Shown in pieces: positions 12,408-25,108 of a DNA stretch of 64,000 nucleotides; the first letter of the stretch is position 1, and the number at the start of each line of letters is the position of its first letter. Source of the stretch: Octopus vulgaris (Eukaryota); the NCBI GenBank assembly GCA_951406725.2, contig OX597837.1, forward strand, positions 29,698,001 through 29,762,000, in the 5' to 3' direction. The notes beneath the pieces were generated by a model, which was given only the letters and a program-made list of their open reading frames with translations, ran no database searches and was not told where the DNA came from. A program made the translations under genes and the position numbers.

Positions 12408-12736
12408 TTTGTAGAAAACATAAATCCGGAGAAGAAGCACACTCTAAGATGTAGAGTAGTATATATATATTAAAAATGGGTTTGTGGGATTACTTTAGAT
12501 TTCCTGCCAATAAAGGGTTTAACTTTATGACGTATTATCAGACCCCAAATCCTGTTGGCCTATGACATCTTCAAAATACTCAGAAATAACGAAAGGCAAA
12601 TTCAACCTCCGAATTATTTGAACTTAGAGCGTAAAGCCGGAATTAATGTCGCTATATATTTCGTCCGGCATTCTAACCATTCTGTCAACTTGCTGACTAA
12701 AGTACAAGTTGTTTCCCTTTGTAAGTAACCCCAACA

Positions 12737-12810
12737 ATGGCGCTGAAATTAATTACAGCATGCAGTGCTTTCCGCTCGTCAACAAGACTAACCTTCAGCT
12801 GTTTTTCGAG
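12737..12810 (+). CDS. TFAM: Mitochondrial transcription factor A, exon 1 (transit peptide)
   Basis: ACAATGG start context; MALKLITACSAFRSSTRLTFSCFS(R), Ser/Arg-rich and free of acidic residues. Donor AG|GTTAGT in phase 2 joins exon 2 in frame. Confidence 0.8.
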
Positions 12811-13450
12811 GTTAGTCACACTGATTTTTGTAACATCTTCCCAAGATATTTCCATCTCTCTTTTATGTGCTGAAGTTATTTATCTATTTCGTTGATGCTT
12901 TTCTTTCAAATTCCGAATAATTAACTCAAACGCACCTGATAGAAGTCCTTAATTTATTGATATTTGTGTATGTTTCAGCAATTTAATTAACATAACAAGT
13001 CTAATAATGTGACTTCAAAGTGAAATAAACTATATTTTTTGTCTTCTATTACGCAGATCCACTCTGGAATATATTTATATTTCATGAAATTATTGTATAA
13101 TATTGCGATGTCTGATAAATTCATTAAGTTTTTTTTCATTTATTTTAATCGTTATTTTGGCGATCTTTCGTCTCTAGTGGACCTTTCCGTCGATTTCCGT
13201 AAAAAAATTTTTTTTTTTACATATGGGCTTGCTGGAACTTTTGACCCCTTCGTTGTTTACAACTTCGGTACCACTACAATAGACAAGTACTTCGGGACCA
13301 CTACAATATACAAGTACCTACAACTTCTTGCCAACGTTCTACTAGCTTGTCAATGTTTTGACTAGAAATCACCGGGTCTTAAGTTCAAATAACACTGGAG
13401 TGGACAGAAACGAATGAATTTATCCGACAACCTACTATTTATATATATTT

Positions 13451-13806
13451 TGGCAATCTTTCCTCTCTAGTAGACCTTTTCGTCGATTTCCGTAAAAATA
13501 TATATATTTTTTTTTTACATATGGGCTTGCGGGAACTTTTGAAGTAATGAGAGCGAAAGAGACTAAGAGAAAGCGATTGTATGACGAGGGAAGTTCTTTT
13601 GAAGTTACCGTGCATGGGAAGCATTGATGTACATTTTGTGTGTGTGTGTGTTTGATGGGGTGTGGGAGACAGACAGTATGTTGTGTAAGTGAAGTGCTTC
13701 TGTTAGTGTGTGCGAAGAGACAGAGTAATGTGTGAAAGAAAGAGATAACTGAAATTTTTTACTCGGTCTATGTGTATATGTATGTATATTACTTCAAAAG
13801 TTCCCT
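13451..13806. mobile_element. Truncated Merlin-like MITE M3, inverted relative to 14054-14478
   Basis: Reverse complement of about 14135-14478; another end fragment at about 13159-13225. Confidence 0.8.
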
Positions 13807-14053
13807 TATTCACTCAGCTGTTCTTTACCGTTTTTGTATTGGAACAAGGCTGCATATTCTTGAAGAGAGACTGCCGAATTTAACGACCACAGAAAGATTA
13901 AAATCAAAGTTGACCGTTGTTGGATTACAAAAAAAAAAATTCAAAACATTGCAAGACATAACTAGTCAAAAGTATTTGCCCGGCGTTTTACTGATTCTGC
14001 TCTCAATCATTGCCTCTAATTTAGGCACACGGCCAGAAAGCAATACTTGAGGG

Positions 14054-14478
14054 GGCGATCTTTCGTCTCTAGTAGACCTTTCCGTCGATTTCCGTAAATT
14101 TTTTTTTTTTTTTTTTTTACATATGGGCTTGCGGGAACTTTTGAAGTAATATACATACATATACACATACACCGAGTAAAAAAATTCAGTTATCTCTTTC
14201 TTTCACACATTACTCTGTCTCTTCACACACACTAACAGAAGCACTTCACTTACACAACATACTGTCTGTCTCCCACACCCCATCAAACACACACACACAC
14301 ATGTACATCAATGCTCCCATGCACGGTAACTTCAAAAGAACTTCCATCGTCATACAATCGCTTTCTCTTTAGTCTCTTTCGCTGTCATTACTTCAAAAGT
14401 TGCCGCAAGCCCATATGTAAAAAAAAAAAAATTTTTACGGAAATCGACGGAAAGGTCTACTAGAAACGAAAGATTGCC
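14054..14478. mobile_element. Merlin-like MITE M3
   Basis: TIR GGCGATCTTTCGTCTCTAGTAGACC...; 8-bp TSD CTTGAGGG. Confidence 0.87.
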
Positions 14479-14559
14479 CTTGAGGGTAGGTGTTAGTCGA
14501 TCGCATAAACTGGTACTTTATTTTATCGACCCCTAAAAGGCGACTTCGGTAGAATCTGA

Positions 14560-15712
14560 GGCATAACTACAGGTTTCTGCCCCTCCCCGACTTTGGATGA
14601 TCATAACTTTCAGAAAAATTATTATTTTTTAATGAAATTTTGTACGAATATGTGTTATATCATGTAGATTCCGAATATACAATTTGATGGGGGAGGAGGC
14701 CTTTTAGGAGGGGTGGGTTGGGGAATTTCGGAAAATTCACCGGAGTCCACTTCAATTCGTCTTAACTTTAAAAAAAAAAATGGATATTTTTAAATGAAAT
14801 TCTCTACAAATATACCTCGGACTATGTAGATTCTGAAGACTTAGGAATTTTGGGGGAAAACAATTGGGGGTTATCTTTGAGAACCGTTTCCTATTCGGGG
14901 GTGTTTCGGAACAAGTCGTCCATATTTGTTTCATTTTCTCCGTTTGTACGTTTGTGCATCCGTAGATTTCTAAACCCCCCCACCTACACTTATATGTAAT
15001 TAAAAAAGTTCAAACGGGGAATTATTCCATTCAATATCATGTTTATTATAGAGATTATGTGACAAATTTATACTTTACATTTCTATACTTAACTGTGCGT
15101 GTATATTCCTTGTTTTTGCTTCGGTTGTCTTCTGCCTTTCTATTAGTAACGTGTACCTGGGAATTTACTTAAAGTGGAAAAAATCGAATGCAACAGATAA
15201 GTCGTCTTAATAACATATTTCTGTGTACCAGACCTTTAGCTGTTATTTTTAGCATAACGAGTTTTCTGGTGAGGGTTTCATTTGCCTTCGTTGCCTGTTT
15301 GTTGCTTCAGTAGAAATCTACGGATGCACAAACGCACAAAACGGAGAAAATGAAACAAATATGGACGACTTGTTCTGAAACACACACACCCCCGAGTAGA
15401 GAACAGTTCTCAAAAATAACCCCCAGTTGTTTTTCCCCCCAAATTCCTATGTCCTCTGAATCTACATAGTCTGGGGTATATTTGTAGAGAATTTCATTTT
15501 AAAATGTCCATTTTCTTTAAAGTTAAGACGAATTGAAGTGGACTCCGGTGAATTTTACGAAATTCCCTACCTACCCCCTCCTGAAACACGTTCCCCCCAA
15601 AAATCTACGTCATATAACATATTCGTAGAAAATTTCATTTAAAAAAATATTCATTTTTCTGAAAGTTATGATCATCCAAAGTCTGGGGTGGGGACAGACA
15701 TCTTGTTATGCC
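14560..15712. mobile_element. Fold-back DNA element with ~410-bp TIRs (Merlin-like M4)
   Basis: 14560-14972 is an inverted repeat of about 15311-15712; ends GGCATAAC/GTTATGCC; TSD GAATCTGA/GAATTTGA; inserted into an old SINE B. Confidence 0.85.
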
Positions 15713-15805
15713 GAATTTGAAATTAAAACAAGAAGTGTGGGAAGCAACACCACGAAATATTTTGTTCGACGCTCCAACGATTCTGTCACTCCACTATCCT
15801 ATGAA

Positions 15806-16097
15806 GGCAATCTTACGGTTCTAGTACATTTTACGTCAAATGACCACGTGTATTTGTTTATATATGATCGTCGATTTCCGTAAAAAACTTTTATTTTTTT
15901 ACATATGGAGTTGGGGGGGAAATGGGATCTTTGGGGTTAGGGTCCTAACCCTAACCCCAAAGATCCCATTTCCCCCCAACCCCATATGTAAGAAATAAAT
16001 GTAAAAAAATAAAAGTTTTTTACGGAAATCGACAATCATATATAAACAAATACACGTGGTCATTTGACGTAAAATATACTAGAACCGTAAGATTGCC
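15806..16097. mobile_element. Near-perfect palindromic MITE related to M3, with head-to-head TTAGGG/CCCTAA centre
   Basis: GGCAATCTTACGGTTCTAGT...ACTAGAACCGTAAGATTGCC; the arms pair to the centre GGGGTTAGGGTCCTAACCCTAACCCC; no TSD seen. Confidence 0.8.
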
Positions 16098-16588
16098 ATA
16101 ATGTGAAATATCCTTAGCATTGACGGACACATCAACAGTCATGGAACTTACAAGACTGAGCTGCAGTGATGGTAAGCACCTGGACAGGAAAGCCTGTTTT
16201 CTGTGCATTTTGGGTCACTCATTGGTGTGGGACACTACTTTCACCAACAACCACATCTCGGAGACTGCGATCAAACAGAACCGAAAAATACAACCTTGCA
16301 TTTCTGCTAGACACACAAATCTTTGAATCTTTGAACTGATAATGCTGGCAAACCGATGAAGGTTCTCTTTTCAATGCCACCAGAACACAATTAGTTGAAG
16401 CGATGGAATAAGCGGTTATGATTTTGGCAAATTGTTGGTGGCAAAGTTTTGTTTTTGCGCTGCTGGTGGGAACCAGTTGGGAAGCAAACTTCTTACCTCA
16501 CAGCTACACCTGACAGTCAGGAACTGTCTCATGTTAAACATGATTATAAAGCTCTTAGTATATGACAAGTATATATATATATATATAG

Positions 16589-17232
<644 letters not shown>

Positions 17233-17584
17233 TTCGCTTTTTTAAATTTTCAAGTATTTTTGTTCTTAATGATATCATTTATTTACAAAACAGAGAAGGC
17301 AGTCATAGTTTGCGAAAGTGAAGTGGTATGTTATATGCCTTCATTGCTGAGAAATAATAATGTTATTAATAAGATAATTTCTAATACTTGCATTGTTTTT
17401 GATTTCGACACAAAGGCCATCAGTTATAAGTGCAGGCTGTTAGTTGATGCTGTGGATCCTCAGTACTTGAGTGGTACTTTATTTTATCAATAGTGAAAGG
17501 TTTTGTAATGGCTATGATGTAGGCTGTCATAAGCCTCAAGTGTCACCAACTGTAAAGGTTATATGTATATTGGTTACCAGAATG

Positions 17585-17857
17585 TAATGCCAGCGCCGCC
17601 TTGACTGGCCGGTGGCACATAAAAAGCACCATCCGAATGTGGCTGATGCCAGCGCCGCCTTGACTGGCTCCCGTGCTGGTGGCACATAAAAAGCACCCAC
17701 TACACTCATGGAGTGGTTGGCGTTAGGAAGGGCATCAAGCTGTAGAAACACTGCCAGATCAGACTGGAGCCTGGTGCAGCCTCCTGGCTTCCCAGACCCC
17801 GGTCGAACCGTCCAACCCATGCTAGCATGGAAAGCAGACGTTAAATGATGATGATGT
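17585..17857 (+). mobile_element. RTE LINE 3' UTR fragment with (GAT)n tail
   Basis: Matches the 3' end of the RTE at 30128-32339. Further copies at 19212-19531 (+), 21948-22350 (-), 26635-27480 (-), 29218-29472 (+) and 50466-50745 (-). Confidence 0.85.
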
Positions 17858-18132
17858 CTTGTATTTGTATCGGTGTTAGTACTAGGTCAGTATAAGAATG
17901 GAAATTTAATGAGTTATCTTGTTAAACTGAGTTTGACCTAAGATGTTGATTGAATTCATTCTAATTTATTTCCTTTACCAAATTCATAGCCTTAGAGCAT
18001 TGGAAGGGAACACTGTAGGGATGTCTACAGTATTTAGAATACTAGCTAAAGGTTTACCATTGCAAAGATTTAGGGTAATAGAACTGTTCACTATATTCAT
18101 CTGAGAGATAAGAATTATAGTGTATGTGTGTA

Positions 18133-18166
<34 letters not shown>

Positions 18167-18253
18167 GAAAATAGAAATAAATAGTCTTGACTGCTATTTC
18201 TAATTTTTCGGTATGTGGCCAAGCAACCTGTTGCCTGTCCCTTTTACATATAT

Positions 18254-18333
<80 letters not shown>

Positions 18334-18702
18334 AAAGTCATTGTGCACTTCTTTGTTTTTTGTTTTTTTGCTATATATTTCTATGCTTTTTTCTTGTCTG
18401 ATTCCATGTAGTATTTTTTGTTTGTTTCTGTTTTGCCTCAAATTTTACAAGTGTTATGTGTGTGATTTTTCTTTTACCTCTGTGTGTGAGACTGTGTATG
18501 TAGGTATTTGTGTGTGTGTGTGTGTTTTTCTTTTAATTCTTTCAATATATTTTATGAATAAGGGTCTGAACATAAACAACAGAGAAATTAGGACAAAAAA
18601 AAAATAAAATTCTATTTCAGTTTTTGGTGAAAGCCACCATAGGAATGTCTCCTTTTTGTTTTCACTTATTCATTATTTTATCATATTCTCACTTTTTTAA
18701 AG

Positions 18703-18824
18703 ACCCCTGGCTCGTTTAAGCCAAGACTCCAATATCGATGTACCAAAACCACCAAAGAGGCCAATGAGTGCATTCTTTGAATTTGCATCAAAAAACCGCC
18801 CAGCAATTCTTGAAAATAACCCCG
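18703..18824 (+). CDS. TFAM: TFAM exon 2 (start of HMG box 1)
   Basis: ttttttaaAG|..PLARLSQDSNIDVPKPPKRPMSAFFEFASKNRPAILENNP(G)|GTAAGT. Confidence 0.93.
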
Positions 18825-19047
18825 GTAAGTACAGAACTTTGTTACACAGGTAAGCATTGTCAGTCATTTTTTAATGTAGCCCCTTGGGAGTCAGACATAA
18901 TTTGACACTGGTTTTCAGTTTTGTCTTATAATATTAACAATGGTGCAGGCGTGGCTGTGTGATAAGAAGCTTGCTTCCCAACCACATGGTTCCAAGTTCA
19001 GTCCCACTTGTCAGTGGATTTGATAGACAGAAGCTGAAAGAAGTGTG

Positions 19048-19097
<50 letters not shown>

Positions 19098-19150
19098 CTA
19101 TAAAATCCTTAAATTGTTTCAGCTTCAAACCTGTGGTCATGCTGGGACAC

Positions 19151-19204
<54 letters not shown>

Positions 19205-19528
19205 TTATCTGTCCGTGTCGGTGGCACGTAAAAAGCACCATCCGAATCGCGGCCGAAGCCAGTGCCGCCTCAACTGGCTTCCGTGCAGGTGGCACGTAAA
19301 ATGCACCAATCCGACCGTGGCCGATGCCAGCCTCGCCTGGCACCAGTGCAGGTGGCACGTAAAAAGCACTTACTACACTCACGGAGTGGTTGGCGTTAGG
19401 AAGGGCATCCAGCTGTAGAAACATTGCCAGATAAGACCAGAGCCTGGTGCAGCCTCCTGGCTTTCCAGATCCCCGGTCGAACCGTCCAACCCATGCTAGC
19501 ATGGAGAATGGATGTTAAACGATGATGA

Positions 19529-19578
<50 letters not shown>

Positions 19579-19579
19579 T

Positions 19580-20082
19580 AAGTGTGTCAATAGCCAGCTG
19601 GAGAAGATGTTCTCCTGGGACTACAAGCTACAGTAACATCCACCCTTAGTGGTTAGCCATATTTAGATGGCAAATATACTTCACATTGTCCTGCAGTTAC
19701 TGTCTATACCTCATTCAGAGATTCATTATTGCTTGTTCACACTTTTTCAAGATCAGTGACGAAAAGTCACTGGAAAAAGGATATATGTATTTGCACTGGG
19801 ACCTTTCCATCGAAAACCGGTGATTGTCGTGCGCTGATGACGGGTCAATATCCAGAAACTGCAGTCCATACGTATTACTTAGGTTGACGAGGGAAGGATG
19901 ACCTCCCTTTGCAAATACCGATCGGGCACAGAAAGTGTGTCAATAACCAGCAGGAGAAGATGTTCTCCTGGGACTACAAGCTACAGTTACATCCACCCTT
20001 AGTGGTTAGCCATATTTAAGTGGCAAATATACTTCACATTGTCGTGCAGTTACCGTTTATACCTCATTCAGAGACTTATTAT
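19580..20082 (+). mobile_element. Non-coding retrozyme/Penelope-pLTR-like element (1.4 copies of a ~353-bp unit) with a hammerhead at 19828-19872
   Basis: Direct repeats of ~150 bp (19580-19729, 19933-20082) flank CGTGCG-CTGATGA-CGGGTCAATATCCA-GAAA-CTGCAG-TC-CATACG; (TA)n tracts on both sides. Confidence 0.72.
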
Positions 20083-20382
20083 ATATATATATATATATAT
20101 ATGTAATTTAGTGAGAATTTACTAAAAAACAGAAGACGAAGACAGATATGTAAACAACAAACAGATGTATTATTTCAATGCTCGAGAAGTGAGAAAGTCT
20201 TATGTTTCGACCCTATGCTCTCCGACAGAAAGTAACACAGAAATGACCCTTTAGCATTCAAACAGGCTTTATCTGGCCCAAATATTCAATCTGCTTTTCT
20301 CACACCTACCTACAATGTCATTCTAAAAATAATCACATCATTGAAGTCTCAAAGCTACAAGATAATGCATGACTAATTATTC

Positions 20383-20794
20383 TTACTCTTTACTCTTTTA
20401 CTCTTTCAGTCATTTGACTGCGGCCATGCTGGAGCACCGCCTTTAGTCGAGCAAATCAACCCCGGGACTTATTCTTTGTAAGCCCAGTACTTATTCTATC
20501 GGTCTCTTTTGCCGAACCGCTAAGTGACGGGGACGTAAACACACCAGCATCGGTTGTCAAGCAATGCTAGGGGGACAAACACAGACACACAAACATATAC
20601 ACACACATACACTTACATATACATATATATACGACAGGCTTCTTTCAGTTTCCGTCTACCAAATCCACTCACAAGGCATTGGTCGGCCCGAGGCTATAGC
20701 AGAAGACACTTGCCCAAGATGCCATGCAGTGGAACTGAACCTGGAACCATGTGGTTGGTAAACAAGCTACTTACCACACAGCAACTCCTGCGCC
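20383..20794 (-). mobile_element. SINE family A
   Basis: Full-length reverse copy. Confidence 0.9.
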
Positions 20795-21723
20795 TGGAAA
20801 CAATGTGAAAAACAAAGCATTACCTTTAACAGAATAATGGTAAAGATACCCTTCCCCCCACCTCTAACCTAACCCTAAAACAGATTGAAATGCAATAGAT
20901 TGATACTAGGGTCATAATTATGGGTGACATTTTCATATGACACCGCTAGAAAAAACTGAATGGTAAAGGGTTAACTCAAGTTGGCTTTATTGAAGCTCCT
21001 CTATGATCAAAGATGTTCCATTCGTGACCATCCTTTCTTTTGCATATCTGAAATTGCAATGCTCAATGTGTCCTTCCACTTTCAAGATAGGAGGGTCTCT
21101 AATTTATTATTTCCAGCAAGTCAAACAACCATATGTTAAGCTCCCTTATTGGCTCGGTCAACTGTTTAGCCCACAGACAGACCAATAATCAAAGACACTC
21201 CACCTTTACATGCTTCACCTTGTAAATGTGATAAATATGCTAATTATATGCAAATGTATTTTTGAGGAATCTTTGAGTTCAATTCTAAATTCATAATTTT
21301 ATTATACACATATTGTAAAAATTGACCTCTGTTGATTTCAAATCCTACAGAGATAAGTTGCTGACCTTTTACCAAAAATAAGCAACAACTATATTCCTGT
21401 GGTATATTCCCTAAGGAATGGATACCCAGGCAAGTCTGTTGTAAAAATAACCCCTTGATAAGAAGATACAGAAAAGGCGGCAAGCTGGCCGGGCGAAATG
21501 CTTAGCGGTATTTCATCTGCTGCTACATTCTGAGTTCAAATTCTGCTGAGGTCGTCTTAGCCTTTCATCCTTTCGGGGTCGCTTAAATAAGTACCAGTTA
21601 CGTACTGGGGTCGATACATTCAACTCAATCCCTTTGTCTGTCTTTGTTTGGCCCCTTATTTATACCTCAATTAATATTTTCTTTCTTTTTTCTTCTTCTT
21701 TTTTTAATCCCCCTCCTCCAAAG

Positions 21724-21794
21724 GAATTGATTCACAGCAAGTTATTCGCAAAGTTTCTGAGATATACAAGAACTTGCCAGATTCAGAAAAACAG
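21724..21794 (+). CDS. TFAM: TFAM exon 3
   Basis: 71 nt; (G)IDSQQVIRKVSEIYKNLPDSEKQ; AG/GT boundaries, phase 1 to 0. Confidence 0.93.
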
Positions 21795-22642
21795 GTATGT
21801 ATATTGTGTACAATTAAAACAGACTTACATTTAGACAACATTTCCCAACCATTTTATTTTGGGGGAACCCATTAAATACGTTCTTCATTTCAGGGAACCC
21901 CTACACAAGACTGATTATATCTTTATTAATCCTTTTCTCTCGTCTTTCATCATCATCATCATCGTTTAACACCCGCTTTCCATGCTAGCATGGGTTGGAC
22001 GATTTTGACTGAGGGCTGGCGAACCAGATGGCTGCACCAGGCTCCAATCTTGATCTGGCAGAGTTTCTACAGCTGGATGCCTTTCCTAACGCCAATCACT
22101 TCGAGAGTGTAGTGGGTGATTTTTACGTGCCACCGGCATGAAGGCCAGTCAAGCGGTACTGGCAATGACCTCGCTTGAATCTTTTTACACGTGCCACCGG
22201 CACAGGTGCCAGTAAGGTGACGTTGGTAACAATCAGGCTCGAATGGTGCCTTTTTATGTGCCACTAGCATAGAAGCCAGTTGGCTGCTCTGGCAACGATC
22301 ACGCTCGGATGGTGCTCTTTGCACCCTGCTAGCACGGACGCCAGTCATTGAATTTGATTTTGATTTTGCTTTTGATTGATTTCACTTGCCTCAACAGGTC
22401 TTATGAGATCAATCTATAGCAAGGCACCTCTGCTTCTCCCTTGCATAAAGCCATCTCTCACCCCTCTCAGATATTGCCCCCTATTTAGTCAAGGAGGCTT
22501 TTTTTCCTTTTCTTATTCTATTCCTGTCTTGCAAGAAACTCGGCAACCCCATTAGTGCTGGTGGCACATAAGAAGCACCCATTATACACTGTATAAAGTA
22601 GTTAGCATTAGGAAAAGTATCCAGCCATAGAAACCATGTCAA

Positions 22643-23075
22643 GGATCTTTTTGGTTTGAACAGCAGTTTTTTCTAGCGGTGTCATATGAAAATGTCACCC
22701 ATAATTATGACCCTAGTATCGATCTATTGCATTTCAATCTGTTTTAGGGTTAGGGTTAGTTATGGTTAGGTTAGGGGTGGGGGGAAGGGTATCTTTTTTT
22801 CTTCACAAATATAAACAAACCCAATCTGTTTCTTAAACGAGGGACATATTCATATGGCACAGAATGCTTTTTACCTCCATGGACGTCAGTGATTGGTTGA
22901 AATTGCAGAAATTGAAGAAAAAATACAACAAATATCTTACAAACCATAGAATTTTCTCAATAAAGCCAAGAGAAAAAGATGTTTTATAAACACATTCTAC
23001 CAGTATACGAAGTTTAAAAATTTTTTAGTTACCTAGAAATTATGTTTAAAACTGCCGTTCAAATGGAAGAGATCC
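22643..23075. mobile_element. Merlin-like MITE M1
   Basis: TIRs plus 8-bp TSD CATGTCAA; internal TTAGGGTTAGGG. Confidence 0.88.
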
Positions 23076-23189
23076 CATGTCAAAGCTGACAATGAGCACA
23101 ATGTATCCCCATGACTCATCAGATTCCGCCAAACCATCCAACCCATGCCAGCATGGAAAATAGACATTAAATGATTCTCTTCTCTTTCT

Positions 23190-23578
23190 CTTTTACTTGT
23201 TTCAGTCATTTGACTGCAGCAATGCTGGAGCACCACCTTTAATCGAGCAACTCGACCCCGGGACTTATTCTTTTTGTAAGCCCAGTACTTATTCTATCGG
23301 TCTCTTTTGCCGAACCGCTAAGTGACGGGGACATAAACACACCAGCATCGGTTGTCAAGCAATGCTAGGGGGACAAACACACATGCACACACACACACAT
23401 ATATATATATACATATATACGACGGGCTTCTTTCAGTTTCCGTCTACCAAATCCACTCACAAGGCTTTGGTCAGCCCGAGGCTATAGCAGAAGACACTTG
23501 CCCAAGGTGCCACGCAGTGGGACTGAACCCGGAACCATGTGGTTGGTAAACAAGCTACTTACCACACAGCCACTCCTG
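23190..23578 (-). mobile_element. SINE family A
   Basis: Reverse copy. Confidence 0.9.
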
Positions 23579-25108
23579 ATGATAAAGACGATCAAACAAA
23601 CCATAAAATTGTCTTTACTAGTGCTAAAATCCATCTGACACAATGAGAAGGTTTAAGAAATTCCGTCATAACCAAAAATTTGTTTTCATCAAATTTTTTG
23701 TATCTTTTTATTACTTTACTGCCCACAAGGGGCCAAACATAGAGGGCACAAACAAGGACAGACAAAGGGATTGAGTCGATTGCATCAACCCCAATGTGTA
23801 ACTGGTACTAATTTAAACGACCCTGAAAGGATGACAGGCTAAGTTGACCTCAGCGGAATTTGAACTCAGAACATAGCAGCAGATGAAATACCTATTTCTT
23901 TATTACCCACAAGGGGCCAAACATAGAGGGCACAAACAAGGACAGACAAAGGGATTGAGTCGATTGCATCAACCCCAGTGCGTAACTAGTACTAATTTAA
24001 ATGACCCTGAAAGGATGACAGGCTAAGTTGACCTCGGCGGAATTTGAACTCAGAACATAGCAGCAGATGAAATACCGCTAAGCATTTTGCCCAGCATGCT
24101 AACGTTTCTGCCAGCTCACCGCCTTTTCTGTATCTAGACTTGCCTTGATATACATCGACCCCAGTGCCTGACTGGTACTTAATTTATCGACCCCAGTGCC
24201 TAACTAGTACTAATTTAAATGACCCTGAAAGGATGACAGGCTAAGTTGACCTCGGCGGAATTTGAACTCAGAACGTAGCGGCAGACGAAATACCGTTAAG
24301 CATTTCGCTTGGCATGCTAACGTTTCTGCCAGTTCACCGCCTTTTCTGTATCTTCTTATCAAGGGGTTATTTTTACCATAGACTTGCTTGGGTATCCATT
24401 CCTTAGGGAATGTACCACAGGAATATAGTTGTTTCTTATTTTTGGTAAAAGATCAGCAATTTATCTCAGTAGGATTTGAAATCAACAGAGGTCAATTTTT
24501 ACAGTATGTGTATAATAAAATTATGAATTTATAATTAAACTCAAAGATTCCTCAAAAATACATTAGCATATAATTAGCATATTTTTCACATTTTCTTGTG
24601 GAACCTCTAATGACCTCTTGCAAAACTCTGATTGAGAAGTGCTGACTGAAAGTTTTCATTAAACTTACTGATGTGGTTCGCTGTTGCCTCTTGACCCACT
24701 CGACATAGCTTATCAATCTCTTTTGGTTAACACACTATTGCTATATCTCTGAGGTGCAAGGTAAATAATTTTTTTTACACAACACACCAGAGCTATCATT
24801 TTAGTGTAACAATTGTATCTTCTTAACTACAGCAACAACTACACAAGGGAAACTGGTTACTGTAATACCAACCTCTGCATGTCACTAAATTCCCCCATGT
24901 AATGATAAAAAATTCTATACCATTTCCCATTTTTCCACCACATGTCCTGAAGAAGGGGTTCTAACCCTGAAATACTGAAAAAATACTAGATGAAATATTA
25001 ACTTATGTTCTGTTTTCACTTCTGTATTTCATTCATTTTTTTATTGTTTTGGCCTTTTAACCCTTTAGCATTTAAACTAGTCATATCCCCAGCTCAAATA
25101 GTCGAAAG

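Noticed and set aside
21836-24644. A single large hAT element capturing the inverted duplicate
   Set aside because: The ends resemble degenerate hAT TIRs but no TSD is visible, so it cannot be supported.
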